A stretch of DNA of 64,000 nt from an uncultured Actinomycetes bacterium (GTDB lineage Bacteria > Actinomycetota > Thermoleophilia > Solirubrobacterales > Solirubrobacteraceae), in the NCBI GenBank assembly GCA_963700655.1, contig CAVOYJ010000002.1, positions 11,212-75,211 of the forward strand. The letters are read 5' to 3'. This document shows positions 26,853 to 36,549 of the stretch, piece by piece. The notes below the pieces were generated by a model. That model did no database searches and had not been told where the DNA came from. It was given only the letters and a program-made list of their open reading frames with translations. How positions within the stretch are numbered: the stretch's first letter is position 1; every line of letters starts with the position of its first letter. The position numbers and the translations under genes were made by a program.

Positions 26853-28121
26853 ATGCACGTGAACGCCCATCTCGACCTCGACGTCGTCGCCATCGAACAG
26901 GCCGACGAGGTCACCCTCATGCTCGAGCTCGACGCCCCGCCCGCGCCGACTCCGAGCCCGCGCCCGCCGGCGGCCGTGCAGATCGTGCTCGACCGCAGCG
27001 GCTCGATGGGTCATGGACGCCTGGAGGCCGCCAAGGATGCGATCACCGCGCTCGTCGACCGGCTGGACCCCGCCGACAGCCTCGGCGTCGTCGCGTTCGA
27101 CGACGAGGTGCAGATGGTGCTCCCCACGCGCACGCTGGACGGCCCGAACCGCGCGGCGGCGAAGAGCGCCGTCGCCCACCTGCACTCGGGCGGCAGCACG
27201 AACCTCTCCGCCGGGCTGCTGCGCGGCCTGCAGGAGGCGCGCCGCGCGGCCGGCGACGGCGGGGGCGGCGCGACGCTGCTCCTGCTCTCCGACGGCCGCG
27301 CCAACCAGGGCGAGACCGACCCCGCGATGCTCGCGCGCGTGGCCGCCGGCGGCCGCGAGCACGGCATCACCACGACGACGGTCGGCATCGGCCTCGGGTA
27401 CGACGAGCTGCTGCTCTCCGAGGTGGCCGGTGGCGGCCAGGGCAACCACGTCTTCGCCGAGGAGGGCGACGCCGCGGCGGCCGCGGTCGCCGGCGAGGTC
27501 GAGGGCCTGCTCTCGAAGACCGTGCAGGCAGCGAGCCTGCTGATCCGTCCCGCGGGCTCCGTCGCGTCCGTGACCGTGTGGAACGACCTGCCCGGCAACC
27601 CGGTCTCCGGCGGCATCATGGTCGAGCTCGGGGATCTGTGGGCCTCCGAGCAGCGCAAGCTCGTCCTGACGTTCAAGGTGCCGGCGATGACGGCGCTCGG
27701 CCTCGCCGAGATCGCCCAGCTCGAGCTGCGGTACGTCACCGTCCCCGCCTTCGTCGAGCAGACGATCACCATCCCCGTGCACGTGAACGTCGTGCCGGGC
27801 GACCAGGCGGCCGGGCGGATCCCGGACACGAAGGTCCGCACCGAGCTCGTCTACCAGCAGGCGCAGAGCGACAAGCGGCGCGCCGCCGAGGCGCTGCGCG
27901 AGGGCGACATCGACAAGGCGGTCATCAGCTACGAGGAGGCCCGGACCCGCCTCGCCGCGCAGATGGAGCAGAGCCCGGACCCGGAGCTCCAGGAGGAGAT
28001 CGGCGTGCTTGGTCAGCTGCAGCACCGCGCGCGCAAGGAGGCCATGTGGTCGGCGAAGTCCGCCCGCATGGACGCCCACTACAAGAGCCGCAAGCGTGGG
28101 CGCCGGCGCCCGGAGATGTGA
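26853..28121 (+). CDS. Cytoplasmic von Willebrand factor type A (vWA) domain protein
   Basis: ATG at 26853 after AAGGAG, no signal peptide. MIDAS DRSGSM...GSTN...LLSDGRAN. A beta-rich middle domain, then a helical basic C-terminus (...HYKSRKRGRRRPEM). Confidence 0.8.
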   Translation: MHVNAHLDLDVVAIEQADEVTLMLELDAPPAPTPSPRPPAAVQIVLDRSGSMGHGRLEAAKDAITALVDRLDPADSLGVVAFDDEVQMVLPTRTLDGPNRAAAKSAVAHLHSGGSTNLSAGLLRGLQEARRAAGDGGGGATLLLLSDGRANQGETDPAMLARVAAGGREHGITTTTVGIGLGYDELLLSEVAGGGQGNHVFAEEGDAAAAAVAGEVEGLLSKTVQAASLLIRPAGSVASVTVWNDLPGNPVSGGIMVELGDLWASEQRKLVLTFKVPAMTALGLAEIAQLELRYVTVPAFVEQTITIPVHVNVVPGDQAAGRIPDTKVRTELVYQQAQSDKRRAAEALREGDIDKAVISYEEARTRLAAQMEQSPDPELQEEIGVLGQLQHRARKEAMWSAKSARMDAHYKSRKRGRRRPEM

Positions 28122-28133
28122 GACTGTCAGATC

Positions 28134-28811
28134 GTGGAAGCGGCGCACGACCCCACTGATGTGAGAGATGGAGATGAGCGCATCCTGCGGCTGCTGGTCG
28201 CTGCCCGAAAGGCCGGCGACGGGCCGGCCGTCACCCGTCTGTGGGCGGAAATGCTGACGATCAACTTCCCGCGCGTCGAGCAGCTGGTGTACCTGGAGAG
28301 CCGCCACGACCTGAGCCCGCAGGAGCAGCAGGACGCGCTCCAGCTCGCCGCGTGGCGGATCGCGATGATCCCGCAGCGCAAGCGCGGGTTCGAGGGCACC
28401 TCCAAGGGCGAGTGGATCAACCTCGTCAAGGCGATCGTCCGCGCCGCGTGCATCGACACGCAGCGCAAGGAGGCCCGCCACTCCTCCAGGAAGGCCCCGC
28501 TCCACACCGCCGACGACGACGGCGGCGCGCAGCTGACGCAGGACGCCTACCAGGCGCTCCTGCGTCAGGAGGAGGAGCGCGAGGACGAAGAGCAGACACG
28601 CGAGGAGTTGCAGGCGCTCAGCGAGAAGTTCCTCGCATGGGCGCTCCCCAGGCTCCGCGAGAGTTACCGGATGATGATCGAGTGTGACCTGCAGGGCCTG
28701 CCGATCGAGGAGATCATGGACAGGCTGAACCGCAAGCGCGACGCCGTGTACAAGCTGCGCGAGCGGGCGATGAAGGCACTCATGAAGCTTCGCGAGGAGT
28801 ACGAGGCATGA
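28134..28811 (+). CDS. Sigma-70 family (ECF-like) RNA polymerase sigma factor
   Basis: 225 aa, 12 nt after the vWA stop. Region-2-like FEGTSKGEWINLVKAIVRAACIDTQRKE. Region-4-like YRMMIECDLQGLPIEEIMDRLNRKRDAVYKLRERAMKALMKL. An acidic linker sits between them. Confidence 0.7.
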   Translation: MEAAHDPTDVRDGDERILRLLVAARKAGDGPAVTRLWAEMLTINFPRVEQLVYLESRHDLSPQEQQDALQLAAWRIAMIPQRKRGFEGTSKGEWINLVKAIVRAACIDTQRKEARHSSRKAPLHTADDDGGAQLTQDAYQALLRQEEEREDEEQTREELQALSEKFLAWALPRLRESYRMMIECDLQGLPIEEIMDRLNRKRDAVYKLRERAMKALMKLREEYEA

Positions 28812-29437
28812 GGACCACCCACCAGTTGCTCGGGCAGTTCATCGAGGCATGGAATGCCGGCGAACGCCCGGACGTGCGCGACTACCTTGCCCGCGCGAGC
28901 GCGGACGAGCGAGACGACCTGTCGACGCTGCTGTCGGCCTGGCTCGAGCTCGCGCCGACGCCCGCGTGGGATGAGGCGACGCTCGACGAGATCTCAGCGA
29001 CCCCCGCACTGCGCGCCGCGCTGGAGGCCGCGGCCACCGGGCCGCTGTCGGTCGGCGAGCAGGTGCTGGCGTTGCGCGAGCGCGCCGGGCTGGGCGTGAG
29101 CGAGGTCGCGCGCCGGCTCGCACGGCTGTTCGGGCTGCGCGACGAGCCGCGCGCGACCGCCTACCTGGAGGAACTCGAGCGCGGCGAACTGGACCCGGGC
29201 GGGCTGTCACGGAGACTGCTCGCCGGGCTCGCGGCGATCCTCGGCGCCGACCGCGACGAGCTGACATTCCAGCCGGCCATGAGCTCCGGGCAGACGTTCT
29301 TCAGATCCGAAGGCGAAGCGGACGAGTGGTTCGCGCAGGGCGTCGACGCGCTCAGCCGCGCGGCGCTTGCGCCCGCGCCGGAGAGCGGGCCGCTCGACGA
29401 GCTCGACCTGCTGTTCGTCGGCGGGCCGGAGGCGTAG
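28808..29437 (+). CDS. Hypothetical protein with HTH-like segment (possible sigma-factor partner)
   Basis: 209 aa. The start overlaps the sigma stop by 4 nt. N-terminal LLGQFIEAWNAGERPDVRDYL helix. XRE-like VGEQVLALRERAGLGVSEVARRLARLFG. Confidence 0.55.
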   Translation: MRTTHQLLGQFIEAWNAGERPDVRDYLARASADERDDLSTLLSAWLELAPTPAWDEATLDEISATPALRAALEAAATGPLSVGEQVLALRERAGLGVSEVARRLARLFGLRDEPRATAYLEELERGELDPGGLSRRLLAGLAAILGADRDELTFQPAMSSGQTFFRSEGEADEWFAQGVDALSRAALAPAPESGPLDELDLLFVGGPEA

Positions 29438-29444
29438 GCGGCGC

Positions 29445-29594
29445 TCAGCGGCGCGTGGCGTGGGCCGCCCCGAGGTCCACCGCGATCGAGAGGATCAGCG
29501 TCGCGGTCCACGCGTTCACCGGATCGAAGAGGAGCGGCTCGTCACCGCCGATCAGGTTCGCGATGAGCCAGATGAGGAACCAGAGCATCGTCAT
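29445..29594 (-). CDS. Possible 49-aa membrane peptide
   Basis: Own translation, below the ORF-track cutoff: MTMLWFLIWLIANLIGGDEPLLFDPVNAWTATLILSIAVDLGAAHATRR. Two hydrophobic segments. It starts 37 nt after the ImmA-like stop on the same strand. Confidence 0.35.
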   Translation of the reverse strand: MTMLWFLIWLIANLIGGDEPLLFDPVNAWTATLILSIAVDLGAAHATRR

Positions 29595-29631
29595 GGTGCG
29601 CAGTCTCTCGCTTGGTGGTGGTGTGGTCGGG

Positions 29632-30414
29632 TCAGAGCCCGATCGCCTCGGCGCCTTGGGCGAGGGCGGACGGGTCGCAGGCGGCGGCGCGCGCGATCGC
29701 CGGCAGCGACGCTCTGCGCAGGATCGCCGCGTCGAGGCCGCCCCCCGCGAGCTGGGGTGAGATCCGCGGCAGGTCGTCCTCGCAGATCGTCGCCAGGCCG
29801 TCCTCGAGCGGCGGCGGATCGAGGTGGGCCCAGACCTCGTCGGCCAGGCCCTCGTCGATCTCGCGCTTGAGGCGCGTGAAGCGCTTCTCGCTGACGAGCT
29901 TCAGCGTGTTCAGGCGGTAGAGCGCGGCGATCGTGGAGACGCCGAAGCGGGCGGCGATCGTGACGACGTCCTCGAGCGTCGGCTTCCGCGTGACCTGATC
30001 GCAGATCGCGTCGGCGGGCATGAGGAACTGCGCCGCGAACGCGTTCGCCTGCACCTCGCGCGAATCGGTGTCCTGCCCGCCGAGGGTCTTGAACGTCTCG
30101 ATGGGAAGGTCGTGATCGTGACCGCAGCGGACGTGCCCGAGCTCGTGCGCGAGGGTGAAGCGCCGGCGGACGGCGGGCCGCGTGCCGTTCACCCACAGGA
30201 CGGTCGCGTCGCCGCCGCGCCAGCAGACGCCGTCGATGTGCTCGGGCATGTCGGCGATGACGACGGGGATGCCTGCCGACGTCTCGACCGTGGCGAGCAC
30301 GCAGTCGAGCGGGGCGGTGGGGTCGATGCCGAGCGCTTCACGGCATTCACGCGCGCGCTTGGCGCCGATGTTGGTGTCCTTGCCGGCCACGGGTGGATGG
30401 TGACGCACCCTCAC
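29632..30414 (-). CDS. ImmA/IrrE-family metallo-endopeptidase (DUF955)
   Basis: 260 aa. HExxH as FTLAHELGHVRCGH, downstream EVQANAFAAQFLMP, the typical ImmA/IrrE core. Confidence 0.8.
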   Translation of the reverse strand: MRVRHHPPVAGKDTNIGAKRARECREALGIDPTAPLDCVLATVETSAGIPVVIADMPEHIDGVCWRGGDATVLWVNGTRPAVRRRFTLAHELGHVRCGHDHDLPIETFKTLGGQDTDSREVQANAFAAQFLMPADAICDQVTRKPTLEDVVTIAARFGVSTIAALYRLNTLKLVSEKRFTRLKREIDEGLADEVWAHLDPPPLEDGLATICEDDLPRISPQLAGGGLDAAILRRASLPAIARAAACDPSALAQGAEAIGL

Positions 30415-30454
30415 GTGCGCTGCGTGTCAGATGAAGGGCGGCGCGACGCGGCGA

Positions 30455-31186
30455 TCAAGCCGGCGCGGCGATCCTGCCGTCGACGATGTGGACGGTCCGG
30501 TCGGCGTAGTGGGTGATGCGGTCGTCGTGGGTGACGATGATCGCGGCCGTGCCGCGGCTCTTCATCTCGTCGCGGATGAGCCGGACGACCTGGTCGCCGA
30601 GCTTGGTGTCCAGGGCGGAGGTCGGTTCGTCGAAGAGCACGAGCGCGGGGTCGTTCATCAGTGCGCGGCCGATCGCGACGCGCTGTTTCTGACCGCCGGA
30701 CAGCTGCGCGGGCAGGTTGCCGGCGCGGTCGGTCAGTCCGAGTTCCTCGAGCAGCTGGTCGGCGCGCTCGCGTGCCGGGCGCCCGGTTCGGGGGCCGATC
30801 TCGTCGACGATGAGCAGGTTCTCGCGGGCGGTGAGGAAGGGGATCAGGTTCACGGTCTGGAAGACGAACCCGACCATCTCGCGGCGAAAGTCGGTGAGCT
30901 GTCTGGGTGAGTAGCCGGTGATGTCCCGGCCGCCGACCACGACCTTTCCGTCGGTGGGGGCGAGGATGCCGCCGGCGATCGAGCAGAGCGTGGTCTTGCC
31001 GGACCCGGAGGGCCCGACGAGTGCCACGATCTCGTCGGCTGCGACGGTGAGGTCGGCGTCGTCGAGCGCGATGACCTCGTCGTCACCGGCCGGGTAGGTC
31101 TTGCGAACGCTCTCCATCTGCAGCCCCGGCGTGCTCGTCGGGTCGGTCATCGGGTGCTCCGTGGTGTCGGGGTCGGGAGGGGTCAC
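30455..31186 (-). CDS. ABC transporter ATP-binding protein (MacB/LolD-like)
   Basis: Walker A GPSGSGKTT, signature LSGGQKQRVAIGRAL, Walker B LVLFDEPTSALD. The start overlaps the upstream permease stop by 4 nt. Confidence 0.9.
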   Translation of the reverse strand: MTPPDPDTTEHPMTDPTSTPGLQMESVRKTYPAGDDEVIALDDADLTVAADEIVALVGPSGSGKTTLCSIAGGILAPTDGKVVVGGRDITGYSPRQLTDFRREMVGFVFQTVNLIPFLTARENLLIVDEIGPRTGRPARERADQLLEELGLTDRAGNLPAQLSGGQKQRVAIGRALMNDPALVLFDEPTSALDTKLGDQVVRLIRDEMKSRGTAAIIVTHDDRITHYADRTVHIVDGRIAAPA

Positions 31187-32289
31187 TGGGCGCCGCCGAT
31201 CGCGGTCGCCGGGTCGATCCGCAGGACGCGCCGCAGTGAGAATGCGCAGCCGATGAAGGCGGCCAGCAGCAGGAACGCGACGCTGCTGAGGATGCCGGCG
31301 AGCGTGGCGACGAACGGAATGCCGCCGGCGGGGATCACGGCGTCGAGCGCGAGTGCGGCGAGCGCGCCGATCAGGCTGGCGACGAGCGTGACGGCGAACG
31401 CCTGCACCAGCACTCCCGCGAACAGGGTGCCCGAGCTGGCGCCGATCGCCTTGAGCACGCCGTACAGGGCGGTCCGTTCGATCGTGATGAGCGCGAAGAA
31501 CAGGGCGACGACGATGATCGCGATGACGATCGTGACGGCGATGATCTGGTTGAAGACGCGCTGTTGCTGTGAGACGCCGGGCAGCGCGTCGATCGCTTCG
31601 GGGATCGTCAGGCTCGTGGTCGCACCTCCGGTGCTCCGGTCGATGGCGGCTGCGAGACCGTCGCCGCCGCCGCTGACGACGAGCGCCTGCGTGACGCCGG
31701 GGTCCACCCGGCCGGCGGGACGGTTGGCATTGAGCACCGCGCGCCAGGAGTCCAGCGACCCCCAGAGCGTGCCCTGGCCGGAGTACTGCGTGTCCTTGAC
31801 GAACCCGACGACCCTGATCGGCGTGCGCTCGGGACCCAGCCGCACGACCGTCCCCTGGCGGATGCCCTCCGCGCGCAGCGCGTCGTCCGCGTAGGCCTCG
31901 CCGGGTCCGGGCGGCGCGGCGGGCAGCCCCTTGGGCGCCAGCTCGTAGCCGAGCAGCACGACCGGCACGAGATCGCGCGGGCCGCGGCCCGCGATGCGGC
32001 CCCCGAGCTGCACGCTGCCCAGCCCGCCGACCCGCCGCACGCCGGGAGCCGACTCGACCTGCCGGCGCACGGACGGGTCGATGCGGCTGCGGACCAGCGA
32101 GTCCTGCGCGGACGCCGAGAACACGATCAGGTCGGCGCGCTGCGCACGCAGGGCGCCCGTGCTGCCCGCGGTCAGCCCGTCGAGCAGCCCGCCGAGGAAC
32201 ATGAGCAGCGCCGCGATCAACGTGAGGATCGCCGTCGCCACCGCGAAGCGTCCCGGCCTGCGCACCAGCTCACGCAGCGCGAGCCTCAC
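31183..32289 (-). CDS. FtsX-family ABC transporter permease
   Basis: 368 aa. N-terminal TM, a large periplasmic loop, and three C-terminal TMs (FtsX/MacB topology). 4-nt overlaps with both neighbours. Confidence 0.8.
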   Translation of the reverse strand: MRLALRELVRRPGRFAVATAILTLIAALLMFLGGLLDGLTAGSTGALRAQRADLIVFSASAQDSLVRSRIDPSVRRQVESAPGVRRVGGLGSVQLGGRIAGRGPRDLVPVVLLGYELAPKGLPAAPPGPGEAYADDALRAEGIRQGTVVRLGPERTPIRVVGFVKDTQYSGQGTLWGSLDSWRAVLNANRPAGRVDPGVTQALVVSGGGDGLAAAIDRSTGGATTSLTIPEAIDALPGVSQQQRVFNQIIAVTIVIAIIVVALFFALITIERTALYGVLKAIGASSGTLFAGVLVQAFAVTLVASLIGALAALALDAVIPAGGIPFVATLAGILSSVAFLLLAAFIGCAFSLRRVLRIDPATAIGGAQ

Positions 32290-33416
32290 CGTCCCCCACC
32301 CCCGGTCGTCGCCTCGATCGGATCGATCGCGAGCACCCGGCGCGCGGCCACGACCGCGCTGAGCAACCCGAGCACGAGCAGCAGGACCGCCCAGAACACG
32401 ACCGCCGCGGCGTCGAAGCGCAGCACGATGTCGCCGAGCCTGACCAGTGTCAGCGGTGCGTACAGCGCGACGCCCAGCACCAGGCCGCCACCGATCACCA
32501 GGACGACCTGCACGAGCAGCGAGCGCACCAGCACCCCGGAGCGGGCACCGATCGCTCGCAGCAGCGTCAGCGATCCGGCCTTCTGGAACGTGATGATCAG
32601 GAAGAACAGACCCGTCACGAGCGGCACGACGAGCGCGTACAGCAGGAAGATCACCTGAAAGGACTGGCGCACCTGCGCCACGCCCGGGGACTCCTGCGCC
32701 GCGCGCTCGCGCGTCAGCGCGTCGGCGTCGTCGCTCGCGTCGTTGATCCGGGCCGCGAGCGCCGCCGGCGAGAGGCCGTCGACCGGGCGCACGCCCAGCG
32801 CACTCGGCAGCACCGTCCGCGCGTCGGGGTTGGCGGCCCTGACCGCCGCCACGTAGTCGTCCCAGCCGACGAACAGCGTCGGCGTCACCTGCAGCTGGGC
32901 GTCCTGCGCCAGGCCGACGACCGTCAGCTGCGGCCCCGTACCGCCGCCCGGTCCCCCGGGCAGCACCCGCACCCGGTCGCCGACCGCGAAATCCGCGGCG
33001 CTCCCGACCGCCTCGCCGGCCGCCCGCGGGAGCCGGCCGGCACTCAGACTGTCCGGGGCGCCGAGGTCGGCCCGCTCGTAGCCGATGACCGCCGCGTCGG
33101 AATCCTTCGTGCTGCCGTCGACCCGGACCGTGAAGGTGCCCTGACCGATGCGCCCGGCGCCCGCGACACCGTCGACCGCGCGGATCCGCTGCTCCAGCGG
33201 CGGCGGGATGACGCTCCCCTGCAGCGTGCGCTGCCCATCGACGCTGTACACCAGGACCGGCGCCGACTGCCGCTCGATCGCCCCGACAAACGACGTCAGC
33301 AGGCCGTTCTGGATCGCCTGCTGCGCGAGGATCAGGAACACCAACAAGCCGACCGCGACGACCAACAGACCAAACCGCACCTTCGCGCGGCGCATCTCGT
33401 GCAGCGCCAGGAACAT
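32286..33416 (-). CDS. FtsX-family ABC transporter permease
   Basis: ATG at 33414-33416 (MFLALHEMRRAKVRFGLLVVAVGLLVF...). Same topology as above; paralog of the fragment at 1..624. Confidence 0.8.
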   Translation of the reverse strand: MFLALHEMRRAKVRFGLLVVAVGLLVFLILAQQAIQNGLLTSFVGAIERQSAPVLVYSVDGQRTLQGSVIPPPLEQRIRAVDGVAGAGRIGQGTFTVRVDGSTKDSDAAVIGYERADLGAPDSLSAGRLPRAAGEAVGSAADFAVGDRVRVLPGGPGGGTGPQLTVVGLAQDAQLQVTPTLFVGWDDYVAAVRAANPDARTVLPSALGVRPVDGLSPAALAARINDASDDADALTRERAAQESPGVAQVRQSFQVIFLLYALVVPLVTGLFFLIITFQKAGSLTLLRAIGARSGVLVRSLLVQVVLVIGGGLVLGVALYAPLTLVRLGDIVLRFDAAAVVFWAVLLLVLGLLSAVVAARRVLAIDPIEATTGGGGR

Positions 33417-33914
33417 CAGCCCGGCGCCGGCCGGAGAACGCGGTGGGGGCCCATCAGGCGGTGCGCGGCCACCCGCCGACCGTAGCTGCCCGAGCGACAC
33501 CGTCGCGCTGAAGCACGACGTGAGGGTCTCGGTGGCCTGCCACTCGAAGGTTGGGGGGACTTCAGCGCGTCAGACGCCGCCGGGACCCTCGTCCTTCCAG
33601 GCCGGCAGACCGCCGAACCCAGCCCGCGCCGGCGATCCGTCACGCGTCCCGGCGCTCGGCGCGGTGGCGTTGGCACCCATGTGCATGGACGCGCCGGGCG
33701 TTCTCATCACCTGTACGAAAGCCGTCATGCGGGACACGAACACCCGAGGCCGCCTTGAGCCGCGCCGGTTCCCACACCGTTGCCGCGGGGCGAGCAGCCG
33801 CCGAGAGGGCGCGGTGCTGATGGGCCGTTCCGAACGGCAGACCCCTTCAGGACATCGTGCCACTGCGGATGCGATCCACCTGAGTGCCCGGATCCCCGGG
33901 GAGCGCCTGCCGCG

Positions 33915-35034
33915 TCAGCGCGTCGCGCCGCCGGCGAGGTCCGTCGCGTCGAGGCCGGCGCGCCACGCGGTGACGGTCTGGTGCAGCGTCTGGCGGGTGT
34001 CGTGCTGCGGACTCCAGCGCAGCTCCTCGCGGGCGCGCGTGGTGTCCATGAGCACCGGGTGACGCAGCGCCTGGATCCACGTCGCCTCGTCCGGGAGGAA
34101 CGGCAGGCGGGCGACGATCTCGGCGGTCGCGTCGACGGTCAGGTCGGGCACCGGGATGCTGTACCAGCCGAGCTCGTGCGCAAGGTCGGCGAACGTGAAC
34201 GTTCCCTCCGCGGCGAGGTTGTAGACGCCGGGCGCTCCGGTGCCGTGAACGCCTGCGCAGAGAGCGGCGGCGACGTCGTCGTGATGGACGAGCTGGAACG
34301 GCGTGCCCGGGTCCGGGAGCACCGGCTTCAGCACGCTCACCTGGTCGAACAGCTCGCGCACCGCACCCGGCAGGCGCTCCCCGAGATGGACGAACGGGAT
34401 CGCATTGACGAGCACCGGGGCGTCCGGCCCGGCGACGATGCACGGACGAAAGACGTAGGCCGCGGTGGACGACCCGGCCAGCGCGTCGCGCAGCTCGCGC
34501 TCGACCTCCGCCTTCTGCGCGGAGTAGGGGTGACGCTCGAACCCGAGCGCCGGGGTGTCCTCGGTGAGCAGCTCGGGCAGCTCGTCGGAGAACCCGTACG
34601 CGGCGACGGACGAGGTGTAGACCAGCCGCCGCGCGTTCGCGGCCGCGGCGGCCTCGAACACGTTGCGCGACCCCTCGAGGTTGATGTCACGGCTGGACTC
34701 GCCGGCCCCCAGGACGATGAACGCCAGGTGCACGACGACGTCCGCGCCCGCGACGAGGTGCTCCACCGCCGCGCGGTCGAGGATGTCGCCCTGGTGGTAG
34801 TCCACCTTCGTCCAGCCGTGCGCCGGCGGTGTCGAACGGGGACCGCGCCATGCCCCGGATCGAGGCGACCTGCGGGCTGCGATCCAGCAGCGAGACGAAC
34901 GACCGCCCGATCTCGCCCGTCGGCCCCGTCACCGCCACGACCAGGCCGCGCGCCGACGTTCGGCGGGCCGCCCGCTTCGACGCACCCTTCCTCGGTGACG
35001 CGGCGCGGGCGGAGGACTTCTTCGCTGGGGGCAT
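33915..35034 (-). pseudogene. NAD-dependent epimerase/dehydratase (SDR) family protein, frame broken near 34820-34830
   Basis: The Rossmann start VAVTGPTGEIGRSF is in the frame of ORF 34687..35034. The remainder (GWTKVDYHQGDILD...VVHLAF...YTSSVAAYG...PYSAQKAE) is in the frame of ORF 33915..34805. Confidence 0.75.
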
Positions 35035-35127
35035 GCGCGAACGCTACGCCAGACCGCCGCGGGGCGCGGCTCCTCGTCCGTAGAAGGCGCGGTGGCCCTC
35101 GCCGCTCGCGCGGCATACGGTGATGAC

Positions 35128-36549
35128 GTGAGCGACCACGTGACACCGCTCGACGCGATCTTCCTCGAGCTCGAGGAGGCCGACGAGGGCTCGCACATGC
35201 ACATCGGTGCGGCGCTGATCTTCGACCCGCTCCCGGGCCGCGGGACGCCGACGCTCGAGGATCTCCGGGGGCTGGTCGACGAGCGCCGGCCCGCGCACAT
35301 GGCGCGCTTCCGGCAGGTCCTGTCCGCACCCCACACGGGCGGCCTGTCCTGGCCGACGTGGGAGGAGGGTCCCGGCGATGAGGCGCTGCGCGAGCATGTG
35401 CGCCACGCGACGCTGCCCGCTCCCGGCGGTGAGACGGAGCTGCTCGAGTGGCTCGGCGACTTCTGGTCGCACCGGCTCGACCGCCGCCGGCCGCTGTGGG
35501 AGATGGTGCTGCTCGACGGCCTGCAGGACGGGTGCTGGGCGCTCGTGAACAAGACCCACCACGCGCTCGTGGACGGTGTGGGGTCGGTGGACGTCGGGCA
35601 CGTCCTGCTCGACACCGACCCCGAGCCGCCGCCCGCGCCGCCGACACCCGAGCCGGAGCCCGCGCCTGCGCCCGACGCGGCCGAGCACGGCGACCCCGCG
35701 CTCGTGCGGATGCTGAAGGTCCCGCCGTCGCTGCTGCTGCGCGGCGCGCGCGGCGGCGCCGACCTGGCGGTGCACCCGCGGCGCGTGCTGGACGTCGCCG
35801 AGCGCTCGCGGGCGGCCGTCGAGGTGCTGGTGCGCGACGAGCTGCTGCCGGCACCCTCGACATCGCTGAACGCCCCGCTCGCGGCGACCCGCCGGTTCGC
35901 GGTCGTGCGCGCGTCGCTCGCGGACGTCAAGGGCGTGAAGGACGCGCTCGGCGGGACCGTGAACGACGTGGTGCTCGCGGCGTGCACCGGCGCGCTGCGC
36001 ACGCTGCTGCTCGCGCGCGGCGAGCAGCCGCCCGAGGGGTTCCGCGCGATGGTGCCGGTGAACGTGCGCAGCGCCGGCGAACAGCTCGCGCTGGGCAACC
36101 GGATCACCTCGCTGTTCCTGCAGCTGCCGGTCGGTGTCGCGGACCCCGCCGAGCGCTACGCGGCGGTCGTCGCCTCCAGCGCCGCGCTGAAGTCCGGCAG
36201 CGCCGGGAAGGGCGGCAGCACGATCATGGACGTCGTCTCGCTCGCGCCGCCCGTCCTGCACGCGGTCGCCGCGCGCGCGCTGTTCTCCCCGCGGCTCTTC
36301 AACGTCACGATCACGAACGTCCCGGGCCCGCAGCTGCCGCTCTACGCACTCGGCTCGCACCTGCGCGAGATCCTCCCGCTCGTCCCGCTGTTCGCCGACC
36401 ACGCCGTCGGCATCGCGATCGTCAGCTACGAGGGACGACTGGCCTTCGGCATCAACGCGGATGCGACCGCCATGGGCGACCTCGACGTGCTCGTCGGCGG
36501 CCTCGAGGACGCGCTCGCCGAGCTGCGCGCACTCGCGACCGCCGCCTGA
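35128..36549 (+). CDS. Wax ester synthase / diacylglycerol acyltransferase (WS/DGAT)
   Basis: Catalytic motif HHALVDGVGS, N-terminal LDAIFLELEEADEGSHMHIGAALIF, C-terminal NVPGPQLPLY. The GTG at 35128 is preferred over the ATG at 35092. Confidence 0.85.
   Translation: MSDHVTPLDAIFLELEEADEGSHMHIGAALIFDPLPGRGTPTLEDLRGLVDERRPAHMARFRQVLSAPHTGGLSWPTWEEGPGDEALREHVRHATLPAPGGETELLEWLGDFWSHRLDRRRPLWEMVLLDGLQDGCWALVNKTHHALVDGVGSVDVGHVLLDTDPEPPPAPPTPEPEPAPAPDAAEHGDPALVRMLKVPPSLLLRGARGGADLAVHPRRVLDVAERSRAAVEVLVRDELLPAPSTSLNAPLAATRRFAVVRASLADVKGVKDALGGTVNDVVLAACTGALRTLLLARGEQPPEGFRAMVPVNVRSAGEQLALGNRITSLFLQLPVGVADPAERYAAVVASSAALKSGSAGKGGSTIMDVVSLAPPVLHAVAARALFSPRLFNVTITNVPGPQLPLYALGSHLREILPLVPLFADHAVGIAIVSYEGRLAFGINADATAMGDLDVLVGGLEDALAELRALATAA

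Noticed and set aside
36452-36549. 98-nt convergent overlap read as evidence for a functional antisense module.
   Set aside because: Given the indel frequency elsewhere, the long basic tail of the minus-strand WS/DGAT (…RLSVRLRRRSRVRAARRARPRGRRRARRGRPWRSHPR) looks like out-of-frame read-through. It is kept only as a lower-interest note.
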